A DNA stretch of 64,000 nt, from assembly GCF_006345805.1 (NCBI RefSeq), contig NC_043010.1, positions 32,550,001 through 32,614,000 on the forward strand. Reading direction: 5' to 3'. Both the position numbers and the translations under genes were made by a program. The notes beneath the pieces are model-generated. The model searched no databases. It saw only the letters and a program-made list of their open reading frames with translations, and had not been told where the DNA came from. Numbering within the stretch: position 1 is the stretch's first letter; the number at the start of each line of letters is the position of its first letter. This DNA is from Octopus sinensis (lineage: Eukaryota). This document shows positions 1-13,200 of the stretch, piece after piece.

Positions 1-114
1 AAGTTATATGCCAGCAATTTAAGCTGAGATTGTCTGCTTGTCAAAACTATCTCATCGATCAAGTTCTTACTAACACAAGACAATTGCATCAAGTTAGTTT
101 ATGAAACAAGGACA

Positions 115-149
115 GGATACATACATACATACATATGTACATACAGACA

Positions 150-195
<46 letters not shown>

Positions 196-420
196 AACAC
201 ACATCACACACATATATTTATGTATGTATGCATGTGTACATATGTATATGTACATATATATATGCACATATAAATGTGTATGTATATAAATATATACATA
301 CATGCACACACATTCACACATATACATGTATGTATGTCAATATATATATATATATCTATATATATATATATATATATATATGCATACACACATATACACA
401 TATGCACATACACACACACT
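115..420. repeat. Compound (TA)n/(CA)n/(CATA)n microsatellite
   Basis: Seen directly. Confidence 0.95.
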
Positions 421-1169
421 GTACAATGAATAACATTTGTAGTATGAAGTAATACGCTCTTGCCACAAATATTGAATTTTTTTTTAAATAATCCAGTTGG
501 AAGGAAGAAACCACTTTAGAAATATTAATTTAGAGAAAAGGAAGCAGTAGCATACCAGGTTAAATCTCTTTTAGTATTTAGTATTTAGTTCAAATTACAT
601 TAGGAACACCATCATCTTTTATCTTCCAGCTCAACCTAGTAAATGCTAGTAATGGACACACTGGATAAATAATGTAAATGTTCATATATGAATTATTTAG
701 TTAACACATATTTTTAACGTCACTGTGAAGGATAGTTACAATATTTAAATGATATATATCTACTTTTCAACTTAATCTCTCACAGTATAATGCTTCTATT
801 AATTATTATCATTATCATCCTTGCCATTTTAAAGCCTACTTATCCATGCTTACATGAGTCAGACAAAATTCATTGAGATAAATTTTCTGCAGCCAAATGC
901 TCTTCTTGTGATTATCTCTCACACGTTTGCAAGTGAGGTATTATTTTCCTAGTCTGTCACACAATGACCAGATATATTTTCATGGAAAAGTGCAAACAAA
1001 ACACATTGCCTTTTTTTATTATGGTGATGTTTGTTTACAATTAGTATGTGATGTCAAGACAAGGAAACTCAAGACCACATGTAAGCACACTCACACACAC
1101 ACACACACACACAGACCTACATCTATACATAGATTCATGGACACTTATGTCTTCACATGTATATGACTG

Positions 1170-2090
1170 TATGCTGCAGGACATGCTGAGAAGGATTTTG
1201 CAGGCATTTGAGATTAATGGACTACTTCTGGTTCCTATGCAAATGCCAAGATTTTTATGTTCAGGTAAATGGTCAAAACCGTTCAATGTGAGTACTAGAC
1301 TTCAACAGACTTCATAATTTTTATGAACTGGATTGATATGCACAGATGTTGTGGAAGTGATATCACATTCGATAGGTGTAGGACCAACCAGCTGATATTG
1401 GCAGCAGATGATATGGTGCTACTTGGTTCATCAGAAGGTGATTTCCAGCTTGCACTGAATAGGTTTACTGCTGAGTGCTGCAAGACAGGGATAAGAATTA
1501 GTGTTGCAAAGAGTGAGACATTGATCCTCTCAAACAAAAGGTCTTCTTGGTGCACCCTGCAGTTTAGTGAATCACTGAAATGAGTGAAGAAGTAATTTGG
1601 GAGTCATATTCATAGGTAATAGAAGGTAGGAGGTTGAATTGGATGCTAGAATTACATTCAGTCTTCAGAAGAGAAGAGGTTTTAAAAAAGAAAAACTTGC
1701 TACCCTCAGTTCATTTTTCATATCAATTCTCAGTTAATAGTCGTGAATGTTGGTGATGACTAAAAGTCTACAATCGTGAATACAAGCAGTTAAAATGAGG
1801 TTCCTCTGAAGGATCTCTGAAGTAACAGACATCAGGGGGTTTCTCCAGTCTCTCTGATTAGAATGTCACAGGAAAGAATTACAAGATGGATTCTTCAAGT
1901 TGAGTCAACCAGCAGGAGACCTAGGGGGAGATTAAGAATGAGATGGTTGGATATCATCCATGGTCTCAGTTTGTCATGCTTGGGAATTCAGCCAGAAAGT
2001 GTGATGATTGTTGTTTCTCAAAGGACCTTACAGAAGAGGCACCTGACCCTCCTATGAATAGTGAGCAAAGAGGATCAACTGATGGGAGGA
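1170..2090 (+). mobile_element. Degenerate RTE-clade LINE fragment (Expander/Rex3-like RT C-terminus)
   Basis: Translations include 'AADDMVLLGSSEGDFQLALNRFTAEC...GIRISVAKSETLIL' and 'RRPRGRLRMRWLD', with multiple stops and frameshifts. Confidence 0.8.
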
Positions 2091-2916
2091 AGGGATATTT
2101 TTCTTCTCCCAGTCATTTCTCTCATCATTTTGCGTCTGTAACAGCTGAGCACCTTGCGATAAGTGAGATGTTCCTTTTCATATGGGATAGATGACAAGAA
2201 CCTGCTACACTATGTGACATTTTGCCAGCTAGATCCCATAGTACATGTCAGACCATGTATAATGCTACTACATGCAATGATAGGCTTCCCTTCTACTTAA
2301 AATTTTTGAAGGCTCTGTAAGGAATAATAGCCATACTCTCCCTTTTTGATTAAAATATAAACAAAAATACACTCTACGTAGACATCCAGCCTGCTAGAAA
2401 AAGCAACCAAATCTCTCTCAAATTCCATGTTAACTTCTTACAAAAAAATGCATTACAAAATATGGATTTGGGTTTTCATATACAAAGGGAAGAGATAAGA
2501 TAGTCATGGTTAGGTTGCTATTAATTATAGCGCTGTTTAACTAGGTGTGGGCTTGGGCTTCAAAATAGCAATAACATTGTGTGGCAATATCACCCTCACT
2601 ACCTCTGTATCATAACGCTATAATTCCCACTGCTACTACACCACATAACAACCCCCCGACTACCTTCACTGTCATTATATCATCACAATCCACACTCTTA
2701 GTATATCCTTCTATCTCTGTTTATCTATGTATCTATCCATCTGTCTCTCCATCTATTATCTATTTGTTTGTCTGTCTGTTTCTCTCTCTTTCCCTCTCTC
2801 ACTTTTTGTTCCTCTTTCTCCCTTCCTCTCTTCCATCTCTCTCTCTCCATCCATCCATCCATTGCTCTATCATACTATCTGTCTATCTATCTACATTGAT
2901 TTCATCTACTGTTCAG

Positions 2917-3024
2917 TTTCAGTTGTGATGAAGGCCAGAGCTGGCAGAAGCACGTATTTGCTGATGAAGATGTTTATGTTGATGGGGTATTGAATGAACC
3001 AGGAATAAATACCCTTATTGTCAG
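2917..3024 (+). CDS. SORCS: SorCS-like exon A: FSCDEGQSWQKHVFADEDVYVDGVLNEPGINTLIV(S), end of VPS10 propeller
   Basis: ttcag| acceptor, ag|gtaag donor, 108 nt phase 2-2. Resembles the SorCS 'SFDEGRSW...FVDGVLGEPG' motif. Alternative in-frame acceptor at 2923. Confidence 0.88.
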
Positions 3025-4594
3025 GTAAGAGGAAGAAGATTCCTAAAATTTGTTTCAGCCACTATCAACTGACTAACTTCATATTCGTTGTAACAATTTC
3101 TTTTTCTTTTTCAACCCTTTTGATACCAAAATACCTGAAAACTCCTCTGATTCTATGACATAAGCATCAGACCACCTCGGATTTTATGATACATCATCAA
3201 GCCTTCAGTTTAAAATTAGAAGCCTTTCAAAATAATTTCATAAGTTCTAAGTTATGTTTCAATTGCTAGATTTACCACAAGTTATTTTATTAAATTCTTT
3301 CAAAATCTTGATTATGGTAGTATATTTTCTAAATAACCCTTTAGCCTTTGGATTAGCCTGTCAAATGTAATGTTTATTGATTCACATTGTTTTGAATTAA
3401 TCATGCATTATCTCATAGCTTTGAGATTTTGATAAGATTTTGATGACATTGTTAGCTATTTGTAAGCACCTGAATCTGGCCTGTCTGAATATAAAACAAG
3501 TAAAATATTTGGGCCAGATATGGCTGGTTTGAATGCTGAAGACTTAAAAAATGAGATAATGGAAGGTTAAATTTAATATAATTATTATTATAACGATTAA
3601 TAATGAATTGTGGTAAAAATGTAAGGACAAAGCTTGGGCACAGGATGGATGCAGTCACTGATTGTTATATACTTCATAAATTTAGAATGATAAAAAGCAA
3701 GGTTGAAATTAACAAAATTTGACTTCACAATGTAAGGTGACTTAATTAATCACAGGAAAGTATGTGTCCAATTGTTTACCAATTTTACCATCACCTGCTG
3801 TGTCCTAAAAAGATTTCTTTGGTACAAATACTTAATGTATATCAATATAGAAAGATTGTATATACATAGAACACATACAGAATCAGAGCATTAAGTATTA
3901 TTATGATGACAGCAGCCATGGCAACAGTGATGACTAGATTCAGTGCTAATATTACTGGGCTGGATATAAATTTTGGAGCTCATTCCCCAATGTATCCTTG
4001 GTATTTGTCTCATAAACTGCAGAATTATTTAAAATAAATCACTAAAGGCAAACTTATTTCACTTTAAACATAACATCAGGAGACTGCACCATTCACAAGA
4101 AATTATTTATGTAGTGAAGGATCTAGTTTAACTCTGATCTGTCTGACTTCTCCATTGCTCACATTGTCACAAAGTCAAGGGGATAAATTTATAGAGGAGG
4201 TAAGTGAAAATTTAGTCCAAGCATGGGCAACTTTTTTGAGAAGCAAGCTGTATGAGACATGACTCATCATCAGGCAAGATCACAGTTTGCCCATGACTGG
4301 TTTAGTTGATTAATAAATTGACTTCAATACATAACCTGAGGGGAACAAAAAGCAGAGGTAATTAAAGGCAAATTTTAACTCAGAAAATAGGAGGGGAGAT
4401 ATAGCTAATAATGTCTGGTATTTACTTTGTAAGAGATGTTCATGGCTTTCTGGATGTTAGTAGCGATGTTTAAAAACTGAAACAGCAATAACTGGGAACT
4501 AAATGGTAAATAATTATGGAGCTAAATGGTAAATGGTAAATAATTATAGTGTTGTCTGGTCATGTGACATGTCATACTTCAGTGACTAATATTA

Positions 4595-4820
4595 AGGTGG
4601 CGAGCTGGCAGAAACGTTAGCATGCCGGGTGAAATGCGTAGATGCATTTCGTCTGCCGTTACGTTCTGAGTTCAAATTCCGCCGAGGTCGACTTTGCCTT
4701 TCATCCTTTCGGGGTCGATAAATTAAGTACCAGTTACGCACTGGGGTCGATATAATCGACTTAATACTTTGTCCTTGTTTGTCCCTTCTATGTTTAGCCC
4801 CTTGTGGGTAATAAAGAAAT
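4595..4820 (+). mobile_element. tRNA-derived SINE family A, young full-length copy
   Basis: A-box-like tggcagaaacgttag, B-box-like gagttcaaattcc, central gtcgactttgcctttcatcctttcggggtcgataaattaagtacc. Closely similar copy at 10755-10984. Confidence 0.88.
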
Positions 4821-5392
4821 ATAATATTAAGACTTGTTGAGGTGTAGCTTCAGTATCTAAACTTATTCTGTTGTAAAACTACAGTGGAAACACCTTAGTT
4901 GTTACTACTGTAAAGTTAAAATAACAACACCTCAACTATTGCTATTGTAAAGTTGCAACAGCGACTTGCCTGCTGTTACTGCTGTAAAATTGAAATTGCA
5001 ATGCCTTGACTGTTGTTATTGTAAAAGTTACTGTTGCTGTAATTTTTCAATTACTATTATAGAGCTGCAATTACTTGACCAGATCTATTGCTAATATAGA
5101 TATATCACTTCCTATTTGTTGCTATTGTGACACTTGAGCTGAAACACCTCAGTTGTGAAGCTGAAACCATATATTGCCTATTGTTGATCTATTTAGAGTC
5201 AGCTTCTATATTTATGCAAATTTCTATTGTTTTCTTCTGCTTGGTACTGGAATGATTTAAGTATCAGCTCCCAAGACATTCATATCTAGATATGTTTTGT
5301 ATATATATTAATCAATGAAATTCCAACTAAGTCTGATTTTCATGTCTTATTATTTGCAATTTTTACAACTTTACAATATTGAAATAAACTAT

Positions 5393-5690
<298 letters not shown>

Positions 5691-5776
5691 TTGCAAATAA
5701 TAAAATATAGAAACCAGACTTAGTTGCAATTTCATTGATTAATATATTCTTCTATACACAATCATACAAACAAACT

Positions 5777-5827
<51 letters not shown>

Positions 5828-5889
5828 AATATATATATTCTGAAATTATTTATATGGTGCACCTCTTTAGACATACACAGTCATATACG

Positions 5890-7290
5890 TTAAAGTTTAG
5901 GGTATTATATGCAGTAACATCAACTACATTGATGGAAAAAGGTCTGCGGGTCATAGACCAGTGTGACCTCTCTGGTAAATATAAGGTTTAGTGTTTTCAG
6001 TTCATGTTAATCCCAAAGATTCTCTGGCCTCTGCTGGTTTATAATATCAGCACTAGCACATGGAGGCCAAAATCAACAAGTATGCAAAGAAGTGGTTTGA
6101 TGTGCCACCAGATCTTACTGATGATGTACTGTATAGTCACCAAGCCAAGCTTAAACTACCTCTCAAGTCCATCATTGAAGAATACAAAATCAGAAAAATT
6201 CAAAGCTCTTCACCATGCTTGCAGACTCAAAAGACAAGGGTGTGAGGTTGATGTGGCTCAAGCAGGCAGGAAATGGAATGTTCAGGAGGTGGTGGACCCA
6301 GCAAGTGAAAATCTTATGATCAGAGAAATAATAGGACACACTCAGGTCAGTAGGCAAGGTCTGGGTATAACAAAAACGAAATGGCAGATCTCTGATTTTA
6401 CAGGGTGTGAGAAAGGAAGAGCACACTATAAGAATCTGGAAGGCAGTATAGCAGAGTGAACAAGGCCAGTGGATGATATGGGCAGGTGCACTCCCAAGGT
6501 GTCCCAGCTGGAATGACTTGTGATATGTAGTGCCTCTTAGAATAAGTTTTATCCTCAGATTTGTTCATGATCTCCTCCCTTTGAATATGAACCTAGTGAG
6601 TGAAGTGAGAAAAATCAGAATATCCTGAGTGCCCACTCTGCCAGGGTACACAGACAATGAAACACATTCTGAACTCCTAAAGTATAACAGTAGCCCAAGG
6701 AAGATACACTTGGAGGCACAGTCAAGTGCTTTAGAAGATCATACTTGTAGTATGCATGGCAAGAGTAAAATCCATAGCACCAGAATTTCCAACAACATTC
6801 TACATGGCAGGAGGCAGCAAATCATGGCTTGGAACAGTTATGACATATGGGACATGGGAATGAAGTCTTCTGGGTGGTGCAGGTAACTGGGAGTGCTCAG
6901 CAGACCTCCCAGGATCAATAAAGCAACTAGAAATCATTAGGAAGACTGATTTGACGCTGGAAACCATACTCCATTCCAGTTCATCTAGGTGAGTAATTTT
7001 GATTGAACTCACCGTGCCATTTGAAAGTAGAACAGAAGAAACATTCATATTCAAGACCGAAAAATATGCCAGTCTGGCCAACATCCTGAGGGAAGTCAGT
7101 TTCTGGATCAAGGTTCTTGCTATAGAGGTTAGAACCAGAAGTTTTGTGGACAAATCTGCCTGCTTATAGTCATATGAAACAACTCTGTCTTTGGGAAGAA
7201 CAGAACCAAAGCCCTAAAAGCAATATCAAAAGAGAGGTGTTCCAGCTGGATCTGGTCCATCAGATCCGTACCATTTGAAAGCAATATTTT
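5890..7290 (+). mobile_element. Degenerate HERO-like (R2 superfamily, REL endonuclease) non-LTR retrotransposon, 3' part
   Basis: 'LIPKILWPLLVY', 'KLKLPLKSIIEEYK', 'GRKWNVQEVV...GHTQVSRQGLG' and the REL motif 'ILIELTVPFE...KTEKY..L...AIEV', all frameshifted. Confidence 0.8.
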
Positions 7291-7887
7291 TGTTTTAATG
7301 CTAAGGGAAGTAACTCTCAGTGAGTCATTATGGTAGCCCCGACATTTCACTGCTACTACAACAACCAACATTACTTCTTATATAAGCTGAGTCAATGGAG
7401 AGTAGTTGCAGTAGATGAAATCTCCAAGTAGTCTAAATGCACAAGTCTCCGATATATTGAAGTAGCTAAAAAGTGCCAGCAGAAGGTCACCCAGGAGTCA
7501 TGACCTGGATGCAGCCTGACTTCCTTAGAGTGTAAGAAGTTAAGGGCTGAAGCACCGTCCTGATGGGGTTTCTTCTCTGAAGACCTTCTGCTGTTCAGCT
7601 CTCTTGAGAGTTTCTTACCACTGATTTCAACATAAAGCTAGTGGGACACAGAGATTCCTCATGTGGTGTAGTGAAATGTATTCCAAGTTCAGTCATCTGA
7701 GCAAGAGAGGAATATATACAGAGTAGTACCGTGATGTTTGCACGTGTCATGTGGCAGGTGGATTTACTCTAGTTATATAATAATGCAAAGATTTTTCCCT
7801 AATCACTGATCAAATATGATTTTTCCTTTATTTTATTTACTGACTTACCACAAGTTCTTTAACTTAACTTCATCTTCTCTATTCCAG

Positions 7888-8005
7888 TGTATATGCCCAC
7901 AAGTTCCCTTCAAAAGGATGGATTCTCGTAAAAGCTAACTTTTCCTCTATCTTGACTCGACGGTGTTCCTCTGAAGACTATGAAAGCTGGAATCCTGCAG
8001 AAGAA
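7888..8005 (+). CDS. SORCS: SorCS-like exon B: VYAHKFPSKGWILVKANFSSILTRRCSSEDYESWNPAEE, start of 10CC module
   Basis: ttctctattccag| acceptor, gaa|gttggt donor, 118 nt phase 2-0. Shows the W-x-x-V-K-x-x-F...C-x-x-E-D-Y-x-x-W pattern of VPS10 receptors. Confidence 0.85.
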
Positions 8006-8068
8006 GTTGGTTCACATTCCTTTATATAGTTTATTTCTTAATCCTTTATACTTTATTCAACAAGAGGT

Positions 8069-8340
8069 TTCATCATCATCATCATCCTCTACCGTCTGCT
8101 TTCCATGCTAGCATGGGTTGGACGATTTGACTGAGGTCTGGCGAACCAGACTCCAATCTGATCTGGCAGAGTTTCTACAGCTGGATGGCCTTCCTAACGC
8201 CAACCACTCCGAGAGTGTAGTGGGTGCTTTTACGTGCCACCGGCACGAGGGCCAGTTTGGTTGTACGCCCAAATGGTGCTTTTTATGTGCCACCTGCACA
8301 GGAACCAGTCCAGTAGCACTGGCGATGACCTCGCATCTTT
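8069..8340 (-). mobile_element. RTE 3' UTR-derived short element (tail copy)
   Basis: (cat)n...ttccatgctagcatgggttggacg...gatggccttcctaacgccaaccactccgagagtgtagtgggtgc, nearly the same as 21690-21860 and 41030-41195. Confidence 0.85.
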
Positions 8341-8716
8341 AAAACACTTTTGTGGTATATTCACTTCCTATCAGCTATGTCTTTATTGAAATGGTAATAG
8401 CTTTTAGCTGATAAAGGAACAGCAACCTGTATTAGTAACAATTCAAGAAATATGAGAAGTGGTTGAGTTCTTTGAATGGTGAATGGTATGTAGTCATAAA
8501 GACTTTACCAGTTTACTGTCTAGATGTTATAAGTTTTCAATGGGCCAATTACTGATTCAAAATATGTCTAACAATGAGTGATAAGGAGTGTCTAATTCAG
8601 TGAAACAAATACCACATGGTATTTTATGTGAAATAGATCACACCTCAGTTTCTTCAATAATGTTTACATCTATTACTGATATAAATATTTCTAAAGCATA
8701 TACAAATATATATATA

Positions 8717-9340
8717 TCATCATCATCATCAATGTCATCATCGTCATCATTATTTAACGTCCATTTTCTATGCATGCATGAGTAGGATAGTTGACAGGAG
8801 CTGGCCAGGTAGAAGACTATTCCAGGCTTCTGTGTCTGTTTTGGCAGGTTTTTACAGTTGGATGCCCTTCCTAACACCAACCACTCTGCAGAGTGGACTG
8901 AGTGCTTTTTATGTGGCACCAGCACAGGTGAGGTCAGTTTCAGCATGATTTTTACAGTTAGATGCCCTTCAAAATGCCAACCACTTTACAGTGTGGACTG
9001 GATGTGTTTTACATGGGTCACCAAGTAACTTGCAAGACAAGGAATTTTGAGAGGGGAGGGACCATTGGATGAGGGTATCTTGTTTCAGATGATGAAAGGT
9101 TAGAGTGTGACAGAGAGGTAGGCAGAAACAGGTGTGCTACTGTAGAGGAGATACATAGCTACCCAACCAGAGAGAAGAGCAAGGGAAATAAAGAGAGAGT
9201 GGGAAACAGCAAAAGTGCAAGTAAGAGCAGAAGACAGATGGTGGTGAAGTCTCAGAGTATACTCACAAGTAACAAGGATCAGAGAATAGATGGGATGGGA
9301 TAGTAGAGTAAGGAAGAGAGAGATAAATGGTGGTAATTGC
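8717..9340 (-). mobile_element. Older RTE 3' UTR-derived copy with internally duplicated gatgcccttc...aaccact block
   Basis: (cat)n tail at 8717-8750; the motif recurs at about 8860-8910 and 8960-9010. Confidence 0.65.
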
Positions 9341-9815
9341 CAAGGCATGCTCTCAAGGTACAGAGATCATAATATACACAGCCAGGTATTGCCAAGAGTA
9401 GCAATTGCAGTGTGTGTGTGACTGCGTATGTATGTATGTATGTGTGTATGTGCGTATATATGGATGTGTGTGTGTGTATATATATATATGTTTATATATT
9501 TGTTGTATATATATCAAAGTGTATAGTATTTCATATCCATTATGGCCAATCTCACCAATCAGTTTCACAATGGTTATTAAGCCAAATGTTAGATAACAGC
9601 ACAGTTTCACAATAACACATGATGACCATATGGTATTACATAACCATACTGTTATCTAATATCAAGTTAAATACTCAGTACAAAAGCAATTAGTAGGATT
9701 GCTTATAATGGATATATACAGTATAATACTATACACTTTGATATATATACCTACTCCATTGACTAATGTACAAATGCATCATATTTTTCTGACTTAAGAA
9801 TTCTTAGATGACTTG

Positions 9816-9864
<49 letters not shown>

Positions 9865-10754
9865 CATATTAAAGAGGATTTAGAAATATGAGCAGTTTCT
9901 TTATACTGGCTAACAGGGTACATAGAGATGGACAGTTTTTGTTAAAGGAAACCATTCATACTGACAAAAATTCCAGAGAGAATTTATTAGTCATAGTGTA
10001 TGATACAGTAAATCTAAGAATGGAGGTTATGGCATTACATTTATTCCTTTATTATAATCATTTCCACAATACAGAATTCAAACACATTATGAGTATAACT
10101 ATTGATTATGTAATATTACAACATATCACATATAATCCATGTTCGTCTTATTAGACAAAGGTCAAAAAGCAGAACATGAATCACATGTAATCTTTTGTCT
10201 TTTATCATTTACTTGTTTCAGTCATTAGACTGTGGCCATACTGGAGCACAGTCTTGAAGTATTTTAGTCAAATAAATCGACCCCAGTACTTATTTTATTT
10301 TTTTTTTTGCTATTAATCCCTTTTGCCAAACTGCTAAGTTATGGCGATCTAAACACACTAACACCAGTTGTCAAATGATGTTGGGTTGGGAGAGCAACAC
10401 AGGCATAAACACACACACACACATGCGCATGCATGCACACACACACACACATACACACATTCACATGCATGCACACACTCACACACACACACACACACAC
10501 TGATATAATATATACAGTGTACCCAGTGCAAGCTATAGACACATAAGTGTCTTGGGAAGGTTAACAAAAAATGCAGTCTTTGTATGTGGCAGATGTGTAG
10601 GTATAATAAGCATTAAGAATGCACAGAGAATAGACTTCCTCAAATGTCCAAGGGATACTTAGAAATAGTAAATAGCTTCTGTTAGGCAACCAAGTTAGCA
10701 GTGGAGGAGGGAGTTCTGAAAGTGTAGTTGCTAGAATAAGAATGGTTAATAATG

Positions 10755-10984
10755 AGGCAGCGAGCTGGCAGAACCATTAGCATGCCGTGCGAAATGCATA
10801 GCCGTATTTCGTCTGCCGTTACGTTCTGAGTTCAAATCCCGCCAAGGTCGACTTTGCCTTTCATCCTTTCAGGGTCGATAAATTAAGTACCAGTTACGAA
10901 CTGGGGTCGATGTAATCGACTTAATCCGTTTGTCTGTCCTTGTTTGTCCCCTCTATGTTTAGCCCCTTGTGGGTAATAAAGAAA
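10755..10984 (+). mobile_element. tRNA-derived SINE family A, second full-length copy
   Basis: Aligns end to end with 4595-4820. Degenerate copies at about 13560-13870, 24240-24430, 38350-38560, 38830-39260 and 46950-47090. Confidence 0.88.
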
Positions 10985-11080
10985 CAGATTACATGCCTAG
11001 GAAAAGCAACTGTTGATTAAATTAACCCTAGTACTTGTCTGGTACTTTATTAAAAGAATGGTTAATAATGAGGGTATTAA

Positions 11081-11294
11081 CCTTTTTGTTTCCATATTTC
11101 TGTTGAGATGCTCTGTGTTTCAATTGATTTTAAATATAACAAAGAATTTAGTAAAATAACTTAGTTATCATAAAGTTAGTGTTAGGAACATAAATTATAA
11201 GGTTTGGTGGAAGATTTTAGTTCAGAACTTTTGAAAACAATACATTTGTACTGTAGAGCCAAAGGCGGTTTCAGTCGGGTTGGTATCAAAAGGG
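11081..11294. mobile_element. piggyBac-type MITE (second family)
   Basis: TTAA|cctttttgtttcc ... ggtatcaaaaggg|TCAA. The same terminus (cccttttgatacc) occurs at about 3115. Confidence 0.6.
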
Positions 11295-11568
11295 TCAAGG
11301 GAGGTTGTAGCAGAAGTGGAGAATTGGGAGATGAGTGGGAAGGGTGGGATAGATAGTAATTGAAGGGTGATCAGTTTTTTTCTGGGTTTCTACACATTCT
11401 ACAAATTTCAAAATGTTCAGTCATTGATATCATATTAGCTGAAGACTGAAACAATATCACAAATTATAAATATTTGACAAATAAAGAAGAATATGTTGTA
11501 CTTGCTGTTTTTATTGTTTTATTAAATTTTATTGTTTTCCATTTTTTTTTTCTATTTTACATATGCAG

Positions 11569-11705
11569 GTATCCAAAGGATGCATCCTTGGTAGGAAACT
11601 GATTTTCGAGAGGAAGAAACAATTCTCTAAGTGTAATAATGGCAGGGATTATGAGAGACCAATCAACATCACAGTTTGTCAATGTACAAAGCAGGATTTT
11701 GAATG
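11569..11705 (+). CDS. SORCS: SorCS-like exon C: VSKGCILGRKLIFERKKQFSKCNNGRDYERPINITVCQCTKQDFEC (10CC)
   Basis: Long polypyrimidine tract then tgcag|, tg|gtgagt donor, 137 nt phase 0-2. Carries the GCILG...C..G.DY.R...C.CT..DFEC signature. Confidence 0.92.
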
Positions 11706-11829
11706 GTGAGTTACATTTTCACAACTGAATTATACTAATGATACAGTCTCTAAATAGTTGCTTAGCCTGCTAGAAATAGCTACCAAATATCCTTACAAAT
11801 CACATGCTACTTTCTTATATAAGCATGAA

Positions 11830-13200
11830 ACCCACAAGATAATGTAGTCTTACATTTCTTTTGAAAAGATGATAGGTACTTAGGAAAGGTATTGCAACCG
11901 ATGTGCTGGAGGCAAGATTTGCCTTGGACCAATTCTTCAATGCTAAGCATGAAGGATGTATGGTCAGAGTTAAGGTGCGTGCTCTAAGAAATGAGGGAAT
12001 GAAAGCCACTCAATGGGTGCTAGTTACAAAGGCACAATAGGCAACAAAGCCACAATTTGGTCTTTAGTGGACCAAAATGGGTGCACAGTACTCAAGTCCA
12101 AGTAGATGTGTGCAACACTTATACAGCTCTTCACCCAACCGCTTGAGATGAATGGCAGTCCAGAATGCAAGATGGACTTTAGTGCCTACTTTGATAGTAT
12201 ACCATGGCTCTTGGCAAGGGGGTGGAGCATTGCAAACTGCTGATAACAGCCATGAAAATATGATATGCAATGATGGGCTGCATGGGGAGATGGGCATACC
12301 TGGTTTGGATGGCTTGTCCTGTGCACTTCACTTATATATGCCAGACTTGTTTGGTGGCCTCTTACCAGATATCTACCATAACTGGCAGCAGAACAGGAGA
12401 ATTCCTAGTTCTATGAGTCAAGGAGCAATGGCACTGCTAAGAAAGGACCCAAACAAGGGGGATCAAATAGAAAAGTTTAAGCCCATAATGCTGCTGAATG
12501 CAGATTTCAAAATTTTGGCCAAGGTGTTTGCAAAAAGATTGGTACTGGTCAAGGATCTAATTGGTGATGTACGAACATGAGCCATCCCAATCAAATCAGT
12601 ATGCTCTCATCCAGTACCCAAGCATTGCTGACTTGTGAGTTTATCATGAACATCTGCTGTTGTGTGTAGGATATATGTGGCTATTGGCTGAGTCCATTGT
12701 GAAGAATGTCCTGCCACCTTTCTTTGGCTGAGAAGGCATGGTAGCCTTAGCAGAAGATGTTGTGTGGTGAACCAGATTGAAAGGGTTGAACTCAGATACT
12801 TTCCTCTTTGGCCAAGCTCTCATCAATTTTTACAAGTTTCACTTGAAAAGGAAAGTAAGGGTTGAGAGGGAAGTACTGCCTCTTAGTAATTTTGTTAAAA
12901 GGTGGGTGAATGTTGCAAGAATGATCTGAATAAATGGGCCTACTCTAAGCATGTACCTGTAGGTTGAAAGAGGACAGTGTGGAGAGGGCACTTGCTCTAG
13001 TAGTCAGAGTAACTGTGGTTTTGTGAGGTCCCCACAAGCAGCTTTAGAAAATCCCCCACTTTTGTGGAATTATTCCTTGTTAAATTTTTATATTGTTACT
13101 GTTTTTATTTTTTACATGCCTTTTATGTGACCCTACAGTGTATTGTCATGTACCATCTCCAATGTTTTTTTGTGAACTCTTAGTCATTAATAAAAAAAAT
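11830..13200 (+). mobile_element. Degenerate L1/Tx1-clade LINE with internal deletion and short poly(A)
   Basis: ORF 12152..12580 'PGLDGL...IALLRKDPNKGDQIEKFKPIMLLNADFKILAKVFAKRL' is the RT N-terminus. A-run at about 13188-13199. Confidence 0.8.

Noticed and set aside
94-452. ORFs rich in YI/HT/CV repeats here and elsewhere (e.g. 5315-5735, 14885-15251, 31047-31435, 32266-32529)
   Set aside because: They are translations of (TA)n/(CA)n/(GATA)n microsatellites, with no coding evidence.
7966-7990. CTGAAGA-ctat-GAAAG hammerhead-like string
   Set aside because: It lies inside coding exon B (SEDYES) and has no stem II, I or III pairing; coincidental.
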